From the human T2T-CHM13v2.0 reference genome, Homo sapiens: a stretch of 64,000 bases of DNA. Location: NCBI RefSeq assembly GCF_009914755.1, contig NC_060931.1, one strand, 5' to 3'. Positions 57,528 to 64,000 of the stretch are shown piece after piece; the stretch's first letter is position 1; each line of letters begins with the position of its first letter. A model generated the notes under the pieces. That model was not told the origin of the DNA, did not search any database, and saw only the letters and a list, made by a program, of their open reading frames with translations. The position numbers were made by a program, and so were the translations under genes.

Positions 57528-57901
57528 TTTATTTTTTTAAGTAACTTTTGTTTCACTTCAGAAGAGGGTAAGGAAGAGAAGTAAAATCCAACTCATTTTT
57601 TCAACACATGAAAGAATTACTTAGCCCCTACTGTATATAAATCGTGGCTGTTGGAACTAATAGACAGATGCCTCCGAGGGTGCCCCCTGGCTAAGCACTG
57701 AGCAAGACCTCATGTAGTCTCATTGTTCAGATGAAGTTCTAATAACTCAGTGTCTGAATCTCAGCTTTGTAGGTTTAATTTCTCTCATCAGTAGGCTCAT
57801 GTAGAAATCCTGAAGCTGATGTATTCACTTAGAGCACAGTAGCCCACCTCTTCACTGATTTTACTCTTAAAAAAAAATAATTGCATGAACTTCGTAAACA
57901 A

Positions 57902-58050
57902 GGCCAGGTGCCATGGCCTATAATCCCAGCACTTTGGGAGGCCGAGGCAGGAGGATTGCTTGAGCCCAGGAGTTCAAGACCAACCTGAGCAACATAGTGA
58001 GACCCCCCCTTCTCCATTAAATTAAAAAATCAAAAATAAAAGAGAAAAAA
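57902..58050 (+). mobile_element. FLAM/Alu left monomer
   Basis: GGCCAGGTG..GGAGGATTGCTTGAGCCCAGGAGTTCAAGACC plus A-rich tail. Confidence 0.8.
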
Positions 58051-59399
58051 ATTATAAACAGAACTCTAATTATAAGAACTAAAACACATTTTTCATTAAA
58101 TTTTGTATACATGTTTAAAGGACTACAATTGAAAATGAATTTTAAAAAATTTTAAGAGTCACCAAATTAAATACAGACTATCCAAAATGTTGCTTGAATA
58201 AAATAAATAAATGTTACAAATCTAGAATATTCTGGTTGGCCTAGCCAGTGACTTCTTTCTCTCATTAGGCAGGTGATCATGGAAAGCAGTATTACAATCA
58301 CAGAGTTGTTTGGTAAGCCTCGAATCAGAGCAAGAAGAGATAGTTGAATGATGTTAATGATAGTTCTTTACCGAGTTAGAGAGTCATCCACCAATTAGTA
58401 TGGTGGTAGCTTTATCTTTAGTAAAGGTTCATACTTGCTAAGAGGACCATAGCTTTCCCATCAGTAGAGCTCTGCCAGCCATAGAGAGTACAGCACGAAC
58501 ACTGCAAATTTGTTGTCTACCTGACCCCCATTTTTTGGTGTTATCTTACAGCTGCATCCTACTATACTATAGTAGCTGCATCCTACTATACTTTACCTAA
58601 CAAAAGTGACAGAACCAACTCTGGAATCTCAAGCTCAGAGAGGCCACTCTATTCCTTAACTCCACCTTATCCAGTGTTCCATCTCATTTTGGATTTATGG
58701 GCATCTTGAGGGCTTCTAGGGCTGGATTACCCACAGACAGTAAACAGATGGTGCTGAGCAAAACCTTACAGCATGGATGTGCATCACTCCTGTTGGGCAG
58801 GCAGTGAAAAAGTGGAGTTCTAGATGCAGACAGTAAAGTCCTCTTGGGCTCAGGTAACCAGAGGGTCTCACTAGAGTTGAGGCCAGTCAGTTCCCCTACC
58901 CCACCTTTTGAGATAATAATGATTCTTCACTAGCACTACTGACTTGTCCTTCCACAGACTTTATTTGTAGGAAATTAGCTGCAATTTCCTGCAATTTATA
59001 AATAAGACTCCTTATAAGGAAAAAAAAACATGATTTCCCATTTTTTTATATGTATTGTTTAGAGGGTTGAAATAACCATGAACTAAAATCTGGAGTATTT
59101 AAGACATGGTACTGGATAAACACAGCAGGGCTCCCTTTGCAATTTCCATTGGAGAATTTGTGCTCTAAGAATGAGCAGAGCAGAATTAATGCTGAGTCCC
59201 TCTGCCACCCCTCCAACAAGTCTCCATACCCAGTGAGGTCAGAGCTGTCCATTTTGTTCTCCCAACTTTCCCCTAAGAACTAAAAATAACAATATTAGCA
59301 AAGCTAACACATCTATAGCGCTCACTGTATGCCATCCACTGTTCTAACAGCTTTATATAGAACTGTACCTCTAATAAAGAATGCATGTGTCTTTTGCAG

Positions 59400-60394
59400 T
59401 TGTGAAGATGACCTCTCCGACGACAGAGAAGAGCTTCTGCATGGGATTTCAGAGCTGGACATCAGCAACTCGGATTGTTTCCCATCCCAGCTGCTAGTGC
59501 ATGGGGCTTTAGCCTTTCCTCTAGGGTTAGATTCCTACCATGGCTGTGTTATAGCGGCTGCCCGCTATGGCCGGGGCCGGGTGGTTGTGACTGGCCATAA
59601 GGTATTATTCACTGTTGGTAAACTGGGCCCCTTTCTGCTCAATGCTGTCCGCTGGCTGGATGGGGGCCGCAGAGGCAAGATTGTGGTGCAGACAGAGCTG
59701 AGAACCCTGAGTGGCCTCCTCGCAGTGGGGGGCATAGACACCAGCATCGAGCCCAATCTGACCAGTGATGCAAGTGTCTACTGCTTTGAACCCGTGAGTG
59801 AAGTGGGGGTCAAGGAACTGCAGGAGTTTGTAGCAGAGGGTGGCGGGCTATTTGTTGGAGCCCAAGCCTGGTGGTGGGCCTTCAAGAACCCCGGAGTGTC
59901 CCCTTTGGCTCGATTCCCAGGAAACCTCCTCCTCAACCCCTTTGGCATCAGCATTACAAGCCAAAGCCTCAATCCAGGGCCCTTTCGTACTCCTAAAGCA
60001 GGGATAAGGACCTATCACTTCCGCTCCACCTTGGCCGAGTTCCAGGTTATAATGGGCAGGAAGAGAGGAAATGTGGAAAAGGGCTGGTTGGCAAAGCTGG
60101 GACCAGATGGTGCAGCTTTCCTGCAGATTCCCGCAGAAGAGATCCCTGCCTACATGTCTGTGCATCGACTCCTGAGGAAGCTGCTAAGTCGATATCGGCT
60201 TCCAGTAGCAACCCGAGAGAACCCTGTTATCAATGACTGCTGCAGAGGTGCTATGCTTTCCCTGGCCACAGGGCTGGCCCACTCTGGAAGCGACCTCTCT
60301 CTGTTAGTCCCAGAAATTGAAGATATGTACAGCAGCCCCTATCTGCGCCCCTCAGAATCTCCTATCACCGTCGAGGTCAACTGCACCAATCCAG
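59400..60394 (+). CDS. TCAF1: TCAF1-type coding exon (995 bp)
   Basis: ttttgcag|T acceptor; [21 protein letters not shown]...[10 protein letters not shown]; G|gtaagg donor; open frame. Confidence 0.85.
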
Positions 60395-60682
60395 GTAAGG
60401 AACAAGGGTTGGAAGCTCAGTATTATGGGAATGGGGGAATGGGGACAGGCTGACATCAGCAGTCCATTTCAGGGACCCGATCATGTCCAGAAGGTGGTCT
60501 CCATTTTTTACCATGAACTTTGAAGAAGATAAGGGTTGGGATTTTAAGTACTGTTTGGAAGAGTTGAGTCAAGGCAGCATGTAGGGGAAGATACGTGCTT
60601 ACGAAGGGTCTCTGGTGATGCTGGGTGGAGGTGGCATCATGGAGGAGGGATAAAGTCTGCCTACCCCTCCTGCTTTTGGCAG

Positions 60683-60780
60683 GCACCAGATATTGCTGGA
60701 TGAGTACTGGGCTCTACATACCTGGAAGGCAAATTATAGAAGTCTCACTGCCTGAAGCTGCTGCCTCTGCCGACCTGAAG
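60683..60780 (+). CDS. TCAF1: TCAF1-type coding exon (98 bp)
   Basis: ttttggcag|GC; (G)[32 protein letters not shown]; |gtaagg; phase-compatible with the previous exon. Confidence 0.85.
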
Positions 60781-61887
60781 GTAAGGCCATGCCCCACCTC
60801 ACCATGTAACATGGAAGCCAAAGGCTCTTCCTAGCACAGTCAGTATCTTATTTGATTCTCACAAAGCCCTGTTGGTAATACAGAGCAGGTGATTTTACCC
60901 TTGTTTTAAGGATGAAGTAACTAAGGTGCAGAAAAGCTGATTGATTGATTGATCGATTGAAATGTATAGAGCTAATACAAATAAGTGCCCAGGACTCAAA
61001 CCTAACTAATTTCTGGCTCTTAAGTTTTGTGCTTTTGACCTACATCCTAGAGTAGGGAATAAGAGGTATCAAATGGAAGGTAACCTAGCACAGAGTAGGC
61101 ATTCAGTAAATCTGAGTTCACTGTTCATCTCCGTATCCATTCCCATGGTAGCACAAGGTCTTTCTGACTTCAGCTTCTTCCCCATGACATCCAAGACCAT
61201 TCCTCAATTGCCCAGTTCACCTTCCCTCTGTCACTTTCACATAGAACCCATTTGCAAAGTTAGTTTGCTGTCCTTCCCTATCCCCCTTGGGGGTCACTGT
61301 GATGGTTAGCATCTATTCTGTGCCTGTACCTATCCTGGAACTTGATTAGCATAAACCCAGGGAAAAGAATCCTAGGACTCTACCAAGTACCTGCCCAGGA
61401 AGAGGGCTTGGAGAAACCCTCCACTATCTTAGCCAGATCACACCACCTCCCACTGGGCCCTCTCTCTGATCAGCAAAAGGCAGGGTTCCCTCTGCCCCAT
61501 TCCAAATGCCAGAATCACCACCATGAGATAGGCGATCAAGTGTTCTATTTGTTAGCAACACCAGGAGACCGGGTGTGGGAGTCAGCCCTCCTCAGAATTG
61601 GCCTTACAGGTTACACCTGGCACTTCTCACATTAATGTCTATCTAACATGACCCATTATGGAGCTGTTTGAATGCTTTGGGAAAATATTTATATATACTT
61701 CAGTCCATATGCCCCAAGGAATGCTACAGTTTCTTGGGGTATCACACATGGTTCATCTGTGGTGGGAAGGCTGGGCTCGCTTGGGTTCATGGCTGAATGA
61801 CCCATCCTGAGTCCCTTGCTGGGCTCTCTTCTTCCACCCACTCGTGCCCCATGGTGACTCCTTGAGGGGGGGATCTTTCTGCTCCAG

Positions 61888-62101
61888 ATACAGATTGGCT
61901 GCCACACAGATGACCTGACCAGGGCCAGCAAGCTTTTCCGAGGCCCACTCGTAATTAACCGGTGCTGCTTGGACAAACCCACAAAATCGATCACGTGCCT
62001 CTGGGGTGGACTCCTCTATATAATTGTGCCTCAGAACAGCAAACTGGGTTCTGTGCCTGTCACCGTGAAGGGGGCTGTGCATGCTCCATACTACAAGCTG
62101 G
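61888..62101 (+). CDS. TCAF1: TCAF1-type coding exon (214 bp)
   Basis: gctccag|ATA; [20 protein letters not shown]...VHAPYYKL; G|gtgagt. Confidence 0.85.
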
Positions 62102-62332
62102 GTGAGTGGGAGCTCTGGGTGCCCCTGAGGGAAGGGGAAGAACTGAGATGAGGATTCCAGAGAGCATGGGAGTCCAGGAGGTGACTAGAGTCTGTTTGGT
62201 GCAGAAGGAGAGAGACACGGGCTAACAGAGGAATAAGGGTCAGCTTCCTTAGATTCAGCTTTGGGGTTGTACAGATAAAGACCAAACCACATCCTTGGAG
62301 ACTTCATAGAAGGATAGAGAAAAGGGATATAG

Positions 62333-62634
62333 CCTCAGCAAACTAACACAGGAACAGAAAACCAAACACCACGTGTTCTCACTTGTAAGTGGGAGCTGAA
62401 CAATAAGAACACATGGACACAGGGAGGGGAACAACACACATTGGGGCCTGTCAGTGGGGTGGGTAGCGGGGGTGGATGGAGGGAGACCATCAGGATAAAT
62501 AGCTAATGCATGCTGGGCTTAATACCTAGGTGATGGGTTGATGGGTGCAGCAAACCACCATCACACATGTTTACCTATGGAACAAACCTGCACGTCCTGC
62601 ACATGTATCCCGGAACTTTACATTTTTTAAAAAA
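62333..62634 (+). mobile_element. L1PA (older, PA10-13-like) 3' end in an intron
   Basis: CAGCAAACTAACACAGGAACAGAAAACCAAACACC..CACATGTATCCCGGAACTT; flanking repeat AGGGATAT. Confidence 0.85.
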
Positions 62635-62748
62635 GAGGAGGGATATGGCAGTTCATGATTTTGTTGTTCTCTTCCTGGAGTCTAAGTTGTATGTTGTAAT
62701 TTAAGGGATTTGGGAAAGGATTTCAAGCTCCATGGTCTCTCTTCCTAG

Positions 62749-62988
62749 GGGAGACCACCCTGGAGGAGTGGAAGAGGCGTATCCAGGAGAATCCAGGGCC
62801 CTGGGGAGAGCTGGCCACGGACAACATCATTCTGACCGTGCCGACCGCAAATCTTCGTACTCTGGAGAACCCTGAGCCGCTGCTCCGCCTCTGGGATGAG
62901 GTGATGCAGGCTGTGGCGCGACTGGGAGCTGAGCCCTTCCCTTTGCGCCTGCCTCAGAGGATTGTTGCCGACGTGCAGATCTCAGTGG
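62749..62988 (+). CDS. TCAF1: TCAF1-type coding exon (240 bp), M60-like region
   Basis: ttcctag|GG; (G)[32 protein letters not shown]...[10 protein letters not shown]; G|gtgggt. Confidence 0.85.
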
Positions 62989-63133
62989 GTGGGTGCTCCA
63001 AGCAAACCCTCTGTGCATGCTGCCTCTGAGCGCCTTCCTGTCTTTCATCAGCCATGCAGTGGGCAGCCAGTAGGGGAAACATATTTTGCTAGCAAGACAT
63101 ATAGATGTATCCTTGTTATTTAAATGGGAAGGA

Positions 63134-63318
63134 AATATATATAATATATAATATATATTATATATTATATATATAATATATATTATATATATTATATAAT
63201 ATATAATATATATTATATAATATATATTACATAATATATATTATATAATATATATTATATAATATATATTATATATATGTATATATGTATATGTGTGTAT
63301 ATATATATATGTATATAA
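63134..63318. repeat. AT-rich (TA/TATAA)n microsatellite
   Basis: Nearly pure A/T low-complexity tract. Confidence 0.95.
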
Positions 63319-63977
63319 AACAGTTTAGGTCAGCATGTCAAGGACATCAAGAAATGCCACCTGAGCTTTCACAGGTATTCATCAGGGACTTCAAGCCGGT
63401 AAAAATGGCAGAGGGCCGTGACCTAGGTCAGAGTTGTTGGGTTGGAAAAGGGAATTTTACAACTTTAAGAACACACTGAATAAAGCGATCTTTGCCTATG
63501 GTCAAGGAACATGAAAAGTGAGGGAAATATACAGACATTAAAGAACCATGGGAATTTCTCTGGACCCTCATTTTCTTTCTTATACGGATGTTCACTGTAA
63601 ACTTGTGTTGATATGGCAACTCCATATCTGAACAATGAGAGAGGAGCTACCCTTAAAGAGCTCTGAATTTTGAGAAAAGGTTATAGTGACACAGATTCAC
63701 ATGGATAAGGCATCCTCATCAAAATAGAAAAATTGAATGGTAACATGAACAGCTCCTTATATATAAGCTGCATCTCCTTCCATAGCCACACTATTCTGGG
63801 TCAGAGTAGAGATGAAGGAATTCTTCCAGAATGAAAAGAGGAGAAGGAACACCTAGCAGGGTCTTGGTTTGGGTTGCTTTTCTGAGTATTATGGTGTGCT
63901 GGAATTTGGCTGGGGTTACTGAGTGTTTTGGAACACACACAAAACATAGAAGAATATTACGACTTAAATGGGGAGGA

Positions 63978-64000
63978 CCCTAACTCTCTCTTCCCTCCTT
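63978..64000 (+). promoter_or_regulatory. Probable branch point and polypyrimidine tract of the next TCAF1 exon
   Basis: CCCTAAC followed by TCTCTCTTCCCTCCTT at the window end. Confidence 0.55.

Larger units (their letters stand above)
59400..64000 (+). pseudogene. TCAF1P1: 5'-truncated duplicate of TCAF1 (FAM115A), probably TCAF1P1; continues past the right edge
   Basis: Four spliceable TCAF1 exons. The first coding exon of TCAF1 (MATPSAAFEAL...) is absent from the 59 kb upstream. Confidence 0.78.

Noticed and set aside
58549-58595. AGCTGCATCCTACTATACT present twice
   Set aside because: Small local tandem duplication with no further structure.
60395-60453. C-terminal [18 protein letters not shown] of the 374-aa ORF
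   Set aside because: Read-through past the GTAAGG donor into the intron.

Overview
This is primate, almost certainly human, genomic DNA. Gene content matches the segmentally duplicated CTAGE/TCAF locus at 7q35. It holds one intact intronless coding retrogene (CTAGE family, 777 aa, + strand, probably CTAGE15) and four consecutive open-frame exons of a 5'-truncated TCAF1 duplicate (probably TCAF1P1) running off the right edge. Three further retrocopies are present: a full-length PAICS processed pseudogene, a U6 snRNA pseudogene, and a small 3'-end fragment that I recognise as TXNDC11. The rest is mostly repeats: a HERV-H lacking U3, an ERVL remnant, a TSD-bounded L1MA with a MER11 solo LTR, two 3'-truncated L1PA elements in divergent orientation, old L1/L2/MIR, Alus, MaLR LTRs and Tigger elements. 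I found no new protein-coding system. The best leads are a ~220-bp inverted duplication bracketing the CTAGE block, the TXNDC11 fragment, the U3-less HERV-H, and a cluster of Lhx2/Ebf-type motifs resembling an olfactory-receptor enhancer. Names come from recalled sequences, not database searches, and boundaries of old repeats are approximate.
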